A stretch of 64,000 bases of DNA, from assembly GCF_030684315.1 (NCBI RefSeq), contig NC_081390.1, positions 21,641,291 to 21,705,290 on the forward strand, written 5' to 3'. The notes beneath the pieces were generated by a model. The model saw nothing but the letters and a program-made list of their open reading frames with translations. It had not been told where the DNA came from and made no database searches. The position numbers and the translations under genes were made by a program. The DNA is from Stegostoma tigrinum (lineage: Eukaryota). Of the stretch, positions 39,295 through 52,790 are shown piece after piece; the stretch's first letter is position 1; each line of letters opens with the position of its first letter.

Positions 39295-40471
39295 CTAGTC
39301 ATAATGAAATGAAAGTCAGCAATTTGGAAATTACAGCACTGCTGGTAAAACACCAATTGTCCAGTATAACTAATACTCTCAGCTCTGCTAAGCTAAGAAA
39401 ATTGAGGCACTATTGTAACACTGCAACTAGTTAAAGGTTAGAAATAATTGAAAATGAGCTTGTCACTTGGGTTAGTAATTTGTCTGTTAACAACTAGTGA
39501 CTGAGTTACACAAAAAAAGATTGAGATGATAAGATAATCTGTGTAAAGATCATCATCGCCAGTGAACAGTGGGAGTTCCAGACAGTTGGTGAATTCAGTG
39601 TAAGCATTTCTCTTTGACTGCTCATTATCTTCAAAGCATCCACTTGTTTAAAAGTTCAGTTGTAAATCCTTTTTATCTCAAGTTTAAAGATTAAATAACA
39701 TACAGGATAAGTAAGAATATTTTTGATCTTGTTGACAATGTACAAATTCTGAGAATAAACAAATGATTTTAGGTGATTCACTTACAAATAAAAGACAATT
39801 TCTCCCTGGCTTTCCCAAATCAGGATGTGCTCACCAGTTCTAACATGTGATCACATTTTATGTAGAGATTAACATTCTGACATCAACCCAAGGTTTGTTT
39901 GGATTAGTTTAGACATGGCTTTCAGTGGCAAGATCTGCTGCCACCAAATTCTGCAGTAAGGGTTCGGATAAGGCACAATTGAAATAACTTTGTTCTACAT
40001 TAAGTTCCTGTTACTTCTGATCTTGGAGCACTCTGTATTTAGTTTAGGTAATAAAAAATGAAAAACTCTCAATTCCTCATACTATTGTTAACACACTTTA
40101 GAAGATTATCAGATAAAAATAAAATGTTTGGATCTGCAGTACTTTTTCTTTTAAGAAAGAAGGATCAAAGTATTGCTAAAAAAATGTGCAAAGCATATTG
40201 ATATAGATATTTATATTTATATTACACACATGAGCATTTTCTCAACAACTGGCACTTTCACATCTTGGTCAGAAAATTCTAGTACAGGTTCTGTAAATGT
40301 GAATACAAATTGTAATTGAACAATGTGAATCCTAATGGAATGATTCATTTCTAGAAGGGCTGTTTACATTTAGGTACAGTTAAAGATCCCATAGACCGGT
40401 TTTGAAAAACTGCAAGATCTCGCTGGTGTCCTGGCCAATATTTATCCTTCAGCCAACAACATTCAAACAGA

Positions 40472-40752
40472 TTAGATTAGACTCCCTACAGTGTGGAAAC
40501 AGGCCCTTCGGCCCAACAAGTCCACACCGCCCCTTGCAGCATCCCACCCAGACCTATCCCCGTATAACCCACACACCCCTGAATACTATGGGCAATTTAG
40601 CATAGTCAATCCACCTAGCCTGCGCATCTTTAGACTGTGGGAGGAAACCAGAGCACCCGGAGGAAACCCACGCAGACACGGGGAGAATGTGCAAACTCCA
40701 CACAGATAGTCGCCCAAGGCTGGAATCGAACCTGGGTCTCTGGCGCTGTGAG
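40472..40752 (-). mobile_element. V-SINE (HE1-like), inserted into a Deu-domain SINE
   Basis: attagattagactccctacagtgtggaaacagg tail; V-domain; the flanks at 40380-40470 and 41290-41420 are Deu-SINE halves. Confidence 0.8.
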
Positions 40753-41802
40753 ATTAACAGACTCTTACCAATTTTTACAGATGCACCAGAGAAAACATTC
40801 TATCCGGATGCATCACGGCTTGATTATGGCAACTGCTGCCCATGACCGTAAGAAACTACAGAGAGCTGTGAACATAGCCCAATCTATCATGCAAGCCGAC
40901 CTTGCATCCATCAACTCCACCTATAACTTCTTGCAACCTCACGAAGGCAGCCAACATAATCAAAGAACTTTCCCATCCCAGCTATAATCTCTTCCAGCCT
41001 CTTTGGTTGGGCAGAAGATACAAAAGCTTAAACACATGTACCAATAGATTAAAGAACAGCTTCTTCTTCCCACTGTTAGTAGAGTCTGAATGGACATCTT
41101 GAATGTCAAACTGAATGGTGACCTTGCTGTTTGTGCACTTTCTCTGCAGCCATAACATTGTATTCCTCACTCTGTTCTATTACCCTAATGCACTTTGTAT
41201 GGTATGATATGCCTGCACTGCATGCAAAACAAAACTTTTCACTGTACCTAAGTACATGAGGCAATAATAAATCAAGATTATCCAGTAGCTATAGCCTTAT
41301 GCACAGCTAGCTCACTTAAAAACAACAAAGTGCTCATTGCATTTCCTACAAGTGGCTACATTTCAGTAGAAATGAATTTATTGGGAGTTTGAGAAGATAA
41401 AATAAAAACAAGTCTTTTTTAAATAGATAACTGACAAAAGTTATGTTGCATCAGACCCATGTCTTCCTGTTGCAAATTGCTCTTCACAGCATATACAGCG
41501 AAGGCACTAAGTGGAGACATAGAACAAGGCAAATAGAGTCAGCCTTAAGCAGTCCCGTTACCTGCTATCATTTTTTGTTTTACAGGACAACATTGGCAAA
41601 GCCACTGGAGGTGGTGTCAAATTTAGCAGCAGAGACAGGGCAATACAAAAGAATATAGAATAATCAAATAAACCAGAGGTTTCAGGGTAGATTTGGTAAC
41701 TACTTTCACTTTCCCCACATCTTTGATCAGGATGATATTTTGCAGAATCTTCACTACCATCGCCCCATTTTTTTTGCTCCCCATCAATTTGACACAACTT
41801 AC

Positions 41803-41957
41803 CTTGTTCTGCCCTGGTTGTACCATTGCATGGCAAGCAATCATCAGTGAGCTGTTAGGAAAAGGCCAGTGCTGGGATGCAGAATACTCAAGCGAAGATA
41901 TTTCCAAACCAACTTCCTCTGCAACCTCCCGTTGCACTGAGTCCTCCACAGTCTCCC
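41803..41957 (-). CDS. NUDT13: NUDT13 exon: Nudix box and NudC signature
   Basis: tcccag|GG GAG ACT...AAC AAG|gtaagt; GETVEDSVQREVAEEVG plus SQHWPFPNS. Confidence 0.97.
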
Positions 41958-43617
41958 CTGGGAAAGGAGGAGAAAGGATTTACGATTCACGATTCAACAT
42001 CTGTGACTGAAACAAATTTGTTGCAAATCAGATTTAAAGTATGATTGCCAATTCAGCAGGCAGGGATCGTGAACCAGGGTACCATTTCTTTACAAAAAGA
42101 GAGGGAAAATATACTTTGGCCATTCTCTGGTACCTTTACTGGGTGTCAGCAGTCATACAGGGCCTTGACTTGGTGGCTTATGTGTGCAATGATATATGGT
42201 GGACGGGATTGGGGATGGCGAGACAACCAGAGAAAGTATAAGACTCTCTTCATCTTATTGGTTACATTTTCATACCTACGTAGGAATCCGAATCAAGATG
42301 TGCAGCAGTCCTGAAATTGTGTGCTAATGCAGCAAACTTTGAACATTTTCACTTCTGCTCTTTTTGTTTTCACTTTCTCTTTATTGTTTATCTTTTAATT
42401 TTGTCTTCTCTTTTGCATATCTAGTATTTCTTCCCAGTTCTCCATTTAGATTTCCTTTTTTCCTTAAAAATTATGGGGATATGCCATTAAAAAAAATTGG
42501 CTTTAGCAAAAGGAAGTATAATTCAAATTTTACAGATGACATTAAATTGGAACTAAAGTGAATATGTAGGAAAGCTGTGATGAAAGTACAAGATGACATT
42601 AATAAACTTGAGATATTGAGGTATGAAGAGTGTAGGTTTTTGAATGAATTTCACTACAGTGAAGTGTTACATTTTGGTAATAAAAAGACCTCGGGGTACT
42701 GATGGATAAATTACAAAAAAAAAGCACATTGTGGGAAATAGCCAAGAATTTGTTTATTTACATATGGTGAGAATTAGAAAACAGCAAAGCTATGTTAAAC
42801 TTGCACTGAACCTTGGTTAGAATACAGCTGGAATAATGTACACAGATGTGGAAAGGGTATGGAGACACTGTAGAAATAGTAATAAAAATTCACAGAATGA
42901 CACCAGAAATGAGGCAACTTACTCATCTAGAAAGGCTGAAGAGATTTTTTTTAAAAAATGGGAAAGGGAAGTCAGAGGGTGACTACATGGATAAAAAGGG
43001 ATTTGAGCGTGTAGAAATATTTACATATATTTAAGAGAATATATGTTTTATCTTGTACAGAGACCCAAACTACAGGTGCTAAATATAATAGTGACCTTTA
43101 AATTCAATTAAGAATTCAGCAGAAACCTCTTTACCGGAAGTACGATTTCAATATGGAACCACTGTAAGGAGTAATTGAAATGAATGGCGTCAATGGATTT
43201 GAGGGGTAACTGGATAAACACCCTGAGGGGGGTGAGGAATAAAGGATATGCTAATCGGGTTACAGTGGGGTGGTAGTTGAAGGAGTTTGTTCTGAGCACA
43301 AATATGAGAACAGATCAGTTTATGGACCTGTTGGGCTAAGTGGCCTATATTCAGTTTGTGATTATGTGTCTATTATTTCTCATCAGCCACAAGTTTTCCA
43401 TCTCAAGCATGCTGCCAGCCAAAGAGAGAAGTGAGAAGCCAGAAAGTCACGCACAAGGAAACTGTCTTCATGAATCACCTTATTGAGTCTCCTTCCAAAC
43501 AAATCACAAAAAGGCTATTGGACATATCCAGGTGACATAAATAACAAAAGCCCATCCATGTGGGTACATTTCACGTAAACCTACAGTGATACCTAGTGTA
43601 CCAGAAAGGCTAATTAC

Positions 43618-43729
43618 CAATGTCACAAAATCCAGCCAGGGCACTGTACATTCCAGGAGGAAATGCCTCCTGACGTGCCAGCAGGCAGTGTGCTCCATCA
43701 GACACCAGCACAATAATCACAGGAGATAC
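43618..43729 (-). CDS. NUDT13: NUDT13 coding exon
   Basis: taacag|GTA TCT CCT...ATT G|gtaatt; VSPVIIVLVSDGAHCLLARQEAFPPGMYSALAGFCDI. Confidence 0.95.
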
Positions 43730-44109
43730 CTGTTAATAAAGAAATACAGATAGTGTCTTAGAAGCAAGAAGGCATGTCAAATACAGCAGATGGCTGCAGC
43801 AATTCTTGTCTTTGATTGTTTTTGTATAAATAATAACAACTGCTCATAATAGCAGCTGCTCTTCGGATAATCTGAATAACTGTGGATTGATAGAAACAGA
43901 CAGGTTGTGGGTCACTAACATAAGGCAGGAAGGAACCGAGTTGCAAGAGACTCTGTGCTGTACTTTGAAAACCACTATCGCAGGTTAAGCAAGGAAATTA
44001 GTATACAATTATACAGAGCCCAAGCATAAAAAGACATATGGACACAGTGGGAGAATGAGATATTTTATCCCAAACAGGAAGTTTAAGGAAGAATTATAAT
44101 GAAATTGGA

Positions 44110-45190
44110 ACAGGAGCAGGCCATTTGGGTTCTTGGGCCTGCTTCACCATTCAATAGGATCATGGCTGATCCAACATTTCTGGCTTCCACTTTCCTGCAT
44201 TTTGCCTATAACCCTTAGTTCCCCTACTGATCAAGGATCAGCCTTAAATATACGCAAGGACTCCGTACCCACAGCTCTCTGTGGCAAGGAGAGCCAAAGA
44301 TTCACAACCGTCAGAAAAAAATTCTTCCTCCTCGCAGTCTATAATTGGCACTCCTTAATTCTGAGGTTATGTCCTCTGGTTTTAAGACTCTCCCATAAAG
44401 GGAAATATCACAGTAGTTACACTTTCAAACCCCAAAGAATCCTATATGTATCAATGAGATCACCTCTCATCATTACTCTAAACTCCAATGAGTACAGGCC
44501 CAACTGGTTTAATCTTTGCTCATAAGCCAATCCCTCTGTACCAGGATTCATCTTAGTGAACCTTCTCTGAACTACCTCCAATGAAACAGAGGGACCAAAA
44601 CTGTTCATAATACTCTAGATGAGGTCTCACCAGTACCTTGTATGGTTGCAGTAAGACACCCCTTGAAGCAAGGGCCAACATTCCAGATTAGTCTTCTAGG
44701 TAACCTGCATGCTAGCTTTGTGCTTCGTGCAAGTCACCCAAGTTTCTTTGTGTTCCAACCTTCTACAGTTTTTCTCCAATTAAATAATCCTGTTTTCTTT
44801 TCCTCCCTTCCAAAACAACAATGTCAAATTTTCCCACTGCCATGTCTCCATTTACCAACTTTCTTCCCACTTAATCTGTCAATAGTCTTTCTGTTAGCTG
44901 TTTGTAACCCTCTCGCCACTTGCCTTTCTATATATTTTTGTGTTATGTGCAAATTTGGCTCCAGTACATTTGCTTCCTTCCTCCAAGGCATCAATATATA
45001 TCGTAAACAGTCGAGGTCCCCACAATGATCTCTGTGGATCTCTATCTCAAGTCACTAACCTGAACAAGAACCCCTTAGCCCACACACCATTTCCTACTCA
45101 TTGGCCAATTCTCTATCCACACCAATACATTACTTTCAACACTGCAGGCTCTCATCTCATGACTTAAGTTTTTCTGAGGTACCTTCAATG
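44110..45190 (-). mobile_element. Old CR1-type LINE fragment
   Basis: ORF 44417-44608: VVQRRFTKMNPG...LGLYSLEFR..RGDLIDTYRIL. Confidence 0.8.
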
Positions 45191-45239
45191 CCAGTGCAAG
45201 TTAGTTAAATGTTAATTAGATTCATGCTCCAATGCTTAC

Positions 45240-45365
45240 CTGTGGATAGTAGATAATTTCTTCTGAGCTACAGATACGTTTACTGCCTGACACGTTCTTG
45301 TGTGTCCGTTGTCCAGTTCTACTGCAGTAGAGATTTGTGCTGTGCCAGCGGAGGAGACCCTGTGC
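45240..45365 (-). CDS. NUDT13: NUDT13 coding exon
   Basis: ttttag|GCA CAG GGT...CCA CAG|gtaagc; AQGLLRWHSTNLYCSRTGQRTHKNVSGSKRICSSEEIIYYPQ. Confidence 0.95.
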
Positions 45366-45431
45366 CTAAAACATATCCATTATTGTCTTGACATTTCCAG
45401 ACAGTCTGAACTGAAGTACAAGCACAGACTG

Positions 45432-48285
45432 AAACCACAGTTGTGTGGTGGCCATTTCGGAGACATGGATAGAGCAGGGACAGGAATGGTTGTTGCAGGT
45501 TCCGGGATTTAGATGTTTCAGTAAGAACAGAGAAGATCATAAAAGAGGGGGAGGTGTGGCATTGTTTGTCAAGGACAGTATTACAGTTGCAGAAAGGATG
45601 TCTGGGGACTCGTCAACTGAGGTAGTATGGACAGAGGTTAGAAACAGGAAAGGAGGTCACCCTGTTGGGAGTTTTCTATAGGCCTCCAAATAGTTCCAGA
45701 TATGTAGAGGAAAGGATAGCAAAGATGATTCTCGATAGGAGTGAGAGAGACAGGGTAGTTGTCATGGGGGACTTCAACTTTCCAAATAATGACTGGGAAC
45801 ACTATAGTTCGAGTACTATAGATGGGTCAGTTTTTGTCCAGTGTGTGCAGGAAGGCACAGTATGTAGATAGGCTAACAAGGGGCGAAGCCACATTAGATT
45901 TGGTACTGGGTAATGAGCCTGGCCAGGTGTTAGATTTGGAAGTAGGTGGGCACTTTGGTGATAGCGATCACAATTCTGTTATGTTTACTTCAGTGATGGA
46001 AAGGGATAGGTGTATACCACTGGGCAACAGTTAGAGCTGGGGGAAAGGCAATTACGATGAGATTAGGCAAGATTTAGGGACCACAGGATGGGGAAGGAAA
46101 CTGCAGGGGATGGGCACATTAGAAATAGAACATAGAACAGTACAGCACAGAACAGGCCCTTCAGCCCACAATGTTGTGCCGACCATTGATCCTCATGTAT
46201 GCACCCTCAAATTTCTGTGACCAATGTGGAGCTTATTCAAGGAAAAGCTCCTGTGTGTCCTAGATAAGTATGTACCTGTCAGGCAGGGAGGAAGCATCAG
46301 AGCGCGGGAGCCGTGGTTTACAAAGGAAGTGGAATCTCTGGTCAAGAGGAAGAAGGCGGCTTATGTTAGGATGAGATGTGAAGGCTCAGTTAGGGCGCTT
46401 GAGGGCTACGAGGTAGCCAGGAAAGACCTAAAGAGAGAGCTCAGAAGAGCCAGGAGGAGACATGAGAAGTTGTTGGCGGATAGGATCAGGGTAAACCCTA
46501 AGGCCTTCTACAGGTATTTAAGGAATAAAAGAATGATGAAACTAAGATTAGGGCCAATCAAGGATAGTAGTGGGAAGTTGTGTGTGGAGTCAGAGAAGAT
46601 AGGGGAAGCACTAAATGAATATTTTTCGACAGTATTCACTCTAGAAAACGACAATGTTGTCGAGGAGAATACTGAGATACAGGCTACTAGACTAGGTGGG
46701 ATTGAGGTTCACAAGGAAGAGGTATTAGAAATCCTACAGAGGGTGAAGATAGATAAGTCCCCTGGGCCGGATGGGATTTATCCTAGAATCCTCTGGGAAG
46801 CCAGGGAGGAGATTGCTGAGCCTTTGGCATTGATCTTTAACATTGTCTACAGGAATAGTGCCAGATGACTGGAGGATAGCAAATGTAGTTCCCCTGTTCA
46901 AGAAGGGGAGTAGAGACTGGTAATTATAGTCCAATGAGCCTTACCTCAGTTGTTGGCAAAGTGTTGAAAAAGGTTATAAGGGATAGGATTTATAATCATC
47001 TGGAAAAGAATAAATTGATTAGGGATAGTCAGCACTATTTTGTGAAGGTTAGGTTGTGCCTCACAAACCTTATTGAGTTCTTTGAGAAGGTGACCAAACA
47101 GGTAGATGAGTGTAAACCGGTTGATGTGGTGTATATGGATTTCAGCAAGGCATTCGATAAGATTCCCCACAGTAGGCTATTGTACAAAATGCGGAGGAAT
47201 GAGATTGTGGGAGATATAGCTGTTTGGATAGGAAATCGGCTTGCTGAAAGATGACAGAGGGTGGAAGTTGATGGGAAATGTTCATCCTGGAGACCAGTTA
47301 CTAGTGGTGTACCACAAGGGTCGGTGTTGGGTCCACTGCGGTTTGTCATTTATAAAAATGACCTGGGGTTGAGGGCATAGTAGGATTGGTTAGTAAATTT
47401 GCAGACGACACTACGGTCGGTGGAGTTGTGGATAGTGACAAAGGATGCTGTAGGTTACAGACAGACATAGATAAGCTGCAGAGCTGGGCTGAGAGGTGGC
47501 AAATGGAGTTTAATGCGGACAAGTGTGAGGTGATGCACTTTGGTAGGAGTAACCAGAAGGCAAAGTACTGGGCTAATGGTAAGATTCTTGATAGTGTAGA
47601 TGAGCAGAGAGATCTCAGTGTCCATGTACACGGATCCTTGAAAGTTGCCGCCCAGGTTGACAGGGCTGTGAAGAAGGCATACAGTGTTTTAGCTTTTATT
47701 AATAGAGGGATCGAGTTCCGGAACCAAGAGGTTATGCTGCAGCTGTACAAAACTCTGGTGCAGCCGCACTTGGAGTACTGCATACGGTTCTGGTCACCGC
47801 ATTATAAGGAGGATGTGGAAGCTTTGGAAAGGGTGCAGAGGAGATTTACTAGGATGTTGCCTGGTATGGAGGTAAGGTCTTACGAGGAAAGGCTGAGGGA
47901 CTTGAAGCTGTTTTCGTTAGAGAGAGAAAGGTTGAGAGGTGACTTAATTGAGACATATAAAATAATCAGAGAGTTAGATAGGGTGGATAGGGAGAGCCTT
48001 TTTCCTAGGACGGTGACGGCGAACACGAGGGGGCATAGCTTTAAATTGAGGGATGAAAGATATAGGAGAGATGTCAGAGGTAGTTTCTTTACTCAGGGAG
48101 TAGTAAGGGAATGGAACGCTTTGCCTGCAACAGTAGTAGATTCGCCAACTTTAAGTACATTTAAGTCATCATTGGACAAGCATATGGACGTACATGGAAT
48201 AGTGTAGGTTAGACGGGCTTCAGATTGTTATGACAGGTTGGCACAACATCAAGTGTCAAAGGACCTGTACTGTGCTGTCATGTTC
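45432..48285 (+). mobile_element. CR1-type LINE with most of ORF2 (APE endonuclease plus RT), frameshifted
   Basis: VAISETW, GGGVAL, YRPPNS, VMGDFN, SDHN (endonuclease); KSPGPDGIYP, DFSKAFDK, GVPQGS, SKFADD (RT); intact 3' tail. Confidence 0.95.
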
Positions 48286-48680
48286 TCAAAAAAAACACAG
48301 AACATGCAATGGAAAATCCAAAAAAAAGTCATCCCTAAAATGTACAGCAAACCTGATAGAAGCAGGTAGAAAATATTTGTCAATTTTTTTATTGCAGAGA
48401 CCAATGCTGAGAACTGTCAATTAGTAAAAGATAGAGTCTTACATTATAATTTGCCCAGCAATGGATACATTGCTTTAGTAAGAAAAAATACATGCTAAAT
48501 TGTGATGATGACACAAACAAAATAAGTAACCATTATTAGTAATATGACAATTGATAAAATAAAAATATAGTACAACGTTATAAAAAGTGTAATTACGAGC
48601 AATTCATTATACAAATTAAAACATGCTGTAATAAAGAAAGATTCATCTGACTACTGTCAATGTACCACCACAAAAGCAAT

Positions 48681-48878
48681 GAAAACCAAAAGAACTGCAG
48701 ATGCTGTAAACCAGGAACAAAAACAAAGTTGCTGGAAAAGCTCAGCAGGTCTGGCAGCATCTGTGAAGGAAAAAACAGAATTGTTCTAAGGAAGGATCAC
48801 CAGGCCCGAAACACTAACTGTTTTTTCCTTCACAGATGCTGCCAGGCCTACTCACCTTTTCCAGCAACTTTTTTTGAT
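48681..48878. mobile_element. Fold-back element, second subfamily, with TSD
   Basis: TSD cacaa(a/t)agcaat at 48669-48680 and 48879-48890; inverted arms. Confidence 0.8.
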
Positions 48879-50690
48879 CACAATAGCAATATTTATTGTT
48901 ATTGATTTATATTTATACATGGAAAATAAAGCAATGGAATCACCAAAAGTTAAAAGCCCCTAATTTGTACGTCATATAAAAGGAACATGTTTTATTAAGT
49001 CGCTATATGCTAGTGTGGTGCGAGCTACTGGTTAAAAAGTGAGCATTATAAGTTCTGAACTAGAATGAGAGAGATGGGGTTGCACAGTAATCCAGAGGCC
49101 AGGACCAATGACCTGGAGCCATGAATTCAAATCCCACCACAGCACTGCGTGAATTAAATCTAGTTAATGAAATAAATGTGGAGTGGAAAACTATTATTAA
49201 TAACAGTAACCACGAAACTACTGGATTGTCATAAAGACTCATCTAGTTTACTCACGCCCATCCGGGAGGAGATCTGCTGTCTTTGCCCGGTCTGGTCGAC
49301 ACATGACCCCAATCCAACGGCAATGTGATCGATTGTTAACTGCCATCTGAATTAGCTGAGCAAGTCACTCAGTTATCTCACTATTACGATCTCGGACAAG
49401 CAAGAATTAGGAATAAAATGTAGGCATTTCCAGAGATGTTCACATCTGGAAAGTTTTAAAAAACGGTTTTCACTCATCATCAAACCTGGATTTTGGTCTC
49501 AGAATGTGAGTAGGAAGCCCCCTCATCAAATAATTTGTGGGAGCTCACAAAGCTCACAAAACCCTCCCCATTTTACATGTATAATTATAGCCGTGGAAAG
49601 TACTAACACCATTGTCGTTGTGTTTGTATTTCTTCCCCCTCCCCCCGTCAAGTTTTTCCACAAGATGTGGGCATTTATTAGCCATCTCCAATTGCCCTGA
49701 CAAGGTAATGCTGTGTTGCCTTGTTGAATTGATACAGGCCGTTTCATGTAGGTACGCCCACGAAGGTGGAGAAGGAAGCTCCAAGATTTTGACCCAGTGA
49801 CAGTGAAAGAATGACGATGTAGTGCCAAGTCAGGATGGTGTGTGGTTTGGAAGGGAAATGTAGGTAATGGGCCATGTGTGTTGTTCTAAGTGATATGTAC
49901 ATGGGTTTGGTAGGTGATGGAAAAGGAGGTCTGATAAGTTGCTGCAGTGCAATTTGCAGATGGTACATACAGATCTCATTGGGTTTTGGCAGTTAAAGAT
50001 GTGAAAGATGTGCTTTCCGGATAGTATCAAGCTATTTGAGTATTTCTGGACCACTCACTCAGTCAAATGGAGAGTATTCCACAACATTCTTGACCTGAAT
50101 CTTGTAAATGATTTCAGGCTTTGAAGAGCAAGGAAGCGAGCTACTCACCTCAGAATTTTCAATCTCTGACCTGCTTTTTTGTGGCTGGGCAGCTGGTGAA
50201 TGCTGCCATTAATTTACACGAATCTCAAAGAAAAGATTGTGAAGATATAAAAATTATTGTGACCTAGAGATCTTATTTGAATTTGACGGACCTACCGTCT
50301 CAATTTTATCAAGTAATTGACTGGTGTTTCGAATGCAATCAAATCAAGTTTAGGGAACACATTGAATTTGCAATCTATCCCACACCGTAAGCATAACCTG
50401 GCGAGGTGCGCTCATTTAGACAGCAAAATGTCTAAATCTGATTCGTGCTCTTGAATGGAAATAACGCTTGAAAAAATCTTTTCTTTCTAAAGAAAAGCAT
50501 GCAGTGAAGTTTTTCAAAATGCACTTATAAGACAGACTCAAGAATTCCAAACGTCAATGGGTGCAACATTTTATACGGCATGAGAAGACAGCACTGAATG
50601 GCTGACAAGTCAAATCCCATTGGTCAAAGCATTGCCATGGAAAACACTAGGGAATTTCTTATTTTCAAAGTCTGCCAAAATGTGTTCTAC

Positions 50691-50797
50691 CTTTGACAGT
50701 AAGGGCGCATCCTTTCCATCCAAGAGGAAGAAGGCTTTCCGTAAATCAACAAATGTTCCCTTCAGAACTGATTCAGCTCTGGCTTTTTCAATTTTAC
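50691..50797 (-). CDS. NUDT13: NUDT13 coding exon
   Basis: cttcag|GT AAA ATT...TCA AAG|gtagaa; KIEKARAESVLKGTFVDLRKAFFLLDGKDAPLLSK. Confidence 0.93.
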
Positions 50798-51639
50798 CTG
50801 AAGTTAAAAACACAAGTTAGAACATTATCAATTGTCAACTGCATTATCGGAAGTGGCATTTTAAGAGTTATAAGTTTTTTTCTAGTTTTTACTAAGAAAC
50901 TTTATTTTAAAAACTCTAGTGTTTCAGGCTGTCATGTCGACAAAGGCTGAATAATCTACTTATGCTCCTAATTCATTAGACTCAAGGAACAGTTGAAAGG
51001 GGCTTTGAAAGAAGTGGACAACCAAATAGAGATTCCATACATTGATGGACTTTGATAAACAAAACAAAAAAAAAAATGAGACAGCCACCAGTAATGTGAC
51101 AAGGATAAGATAAAAATATGCTTGTTGGTGAAGGAGATCTTGGCAAATGGGTCAATTATAAACACAAAAAGAAACAAACTGCAGGTGCACGTCATAAAAT
51201 GAGACCACATTCAGTACATCCAGCCTTTGTTGGTTCTTTGAAAAAGCTTTCCAATTATACCCATGCCCTGCTCATTCTCTAGACCTCTGCCAATCTTTAG
51301 TTAGTATTTATTCCCCGTATTCTGGAAGTTGCTATTGAATCTGCTTCCATCATCTTCGCAAATAAAGTATCTACCTACGTGGAGAAGGAACAGAGTTGTA
51401 CGAAAATGAGATATAAATTAATTTGCCCTATCCGGTTTCAAACAATGTATACTGAAAACCTGCCAAGTTATTTGTTTAAGAAGAAACAAGTGTTCTACAA
51501 ATTGAATCCATGTAAAGTAGGTATGTGTTTGCAATGCTCACAGAAGTTAAATAAAGGTGTATGCTCTATGTTGCTGTCACTGTAGAATGTAAGATAGTTA
51601 CATTAATTTTGAATGCAGATCCTTGCATGATCATCTTAC

Positions 51640-51747
51640 CTAGATCTAGGGCAAATTGTGGCACATGGCTCTCTGTACAGCCAATCAGCACTGACTGTTC
51701 CATATATTTCTCCTTCTGATCCAGTTTGTGGAGAATGCCATTCAGTT
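51640..51747 (-). CDS. NUDT13: NUDT13 coding exon
   Basis: ttccag|AA CTG AAT...CTA G|gtaaga; ELNGILHKLDQKEKYMEQSVLIGCTESHVPQFALDL. Confidence 0.93.
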
Positions 51748-52473
51748 CTGGAAGGGAAGATGACCTTGCTTAAAATAGCACCGTTCCTAGAAATATTGGC
51801 TTATTCCTGTTCCTTTCAGCCCATTAAGCCTGCTTCACCATTTAATATGGTCATGGCTGACTGAACACAACAATGCCTTTTACCCACACTATCCCCATCA
51901 ATCTTTGTGCCTCTGGTATATTTAACAAATGGCATAATCACATCGTAGCCCAAAATAGTGCACAAAGGAGGGTCTGAAAGATTCCGCTTATGCTCACTCA
52001 GACATTTTAACAAGTGTATAATTATTTCGGTATGACATTTGGACAGTTCCTACACCATTTTATCAACACTAATAAATTAAACTTTTTTGCAGAGATGGTG
52101 AAGAGATTAGGAAAGTTTGAGCCATGAGAAGGGGCTGAAGATGCTGCGGCTTTTTTTTTCCCCCCTGTAGTGTTGGAGGCTGAGAGGCACAGATAGGGTG
52201 AATAGCCAAGATCTTTATCCCCCAAGAACAGGGGAGCCAAAAGTATGAAGGGTTTGTTGCAGTGCTATATAATTCTCAGGCTCTCCTGTTCAGAACACTC
52301 TAATAAACAGCTTATCATGTTATTTAATGTAAGAAGAAATCACCATTGTTTGTTGGATTATAGTCTCAAAGATCACACCCAGACATTCATTTTCAATTTC
52401 TAAAAAATTAAAGGATTGACACAGACCCCAAGCACCACAACCACCCCATGCCTTTGTTCTGCAGCAGTCATAC

Positions 52474-52613
52474 CTGAGGCCATCACAAATGGTGCCATGT
52501 ATTTGCTGTCACTTTTTTGCAAAAGGGGTGAGAAACTGTGAAAGAGAAGAAAGGCTCCAGAGCTCAGAGCTTTACGGCAGGCTTCATCATCCTCCTTCAG
52601 TTCAAGCAGGTAG
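52474..52613 (-). CDS. NUDT13: NUDT13 coding exon
   Basis: atgcag|C TAC CTG...TCA G|gtatga; YLLELKEDDEACRKALSSGAFLLFHSFSPLLQ. Confidence 0.93.
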
Positions 52614-52713
52614 CTGCATTTCAAAACAATATTTCCATAATAGTTAATCCATATTTTCAGAGGTGCAGTGAAAAATCTGCACACATAGAAGAGATACCAG
52701 TCACTTGGCATAC

Positions 52714-52790
52714 CCTCTAGTTGTCTGATGAGACAAGGCATTTTTGCCAAATTTCCAAAATTGTGCATTTGAAGCAGCCTGCATTGCCAT
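52714..52790 (-). CDS. NUDT13: Candidate NUDT13 first coding exon (MAMQAASNAQFWKFGKNALSHQTTRG)
   Basis: ATG-initiated frame ending AGA GG|gtatgc in phase 2, as the next exon requires; length similar to the mammalian N-terminal exon but sequence similarity is weak; implies a 100-nt intron. Confidence 0.4.

Noticed and set aside
45240-45365. Only two of four NudC zinc-ribbon cysteines (YCSRTG...RICSSEE)
   Set aside because: As I recall mammalian NUDT13 shows the same reduction, so it is not specific to this genome
45445-48207. Reverse transcriptase/endonuclease ORFs as a novel RT system (also 20971-21820 and 59931-61970)
   Set aside because: Motifs, KFADD catalytic site and 3' tails are those of ordinary frameshifted CR1-type LINEs
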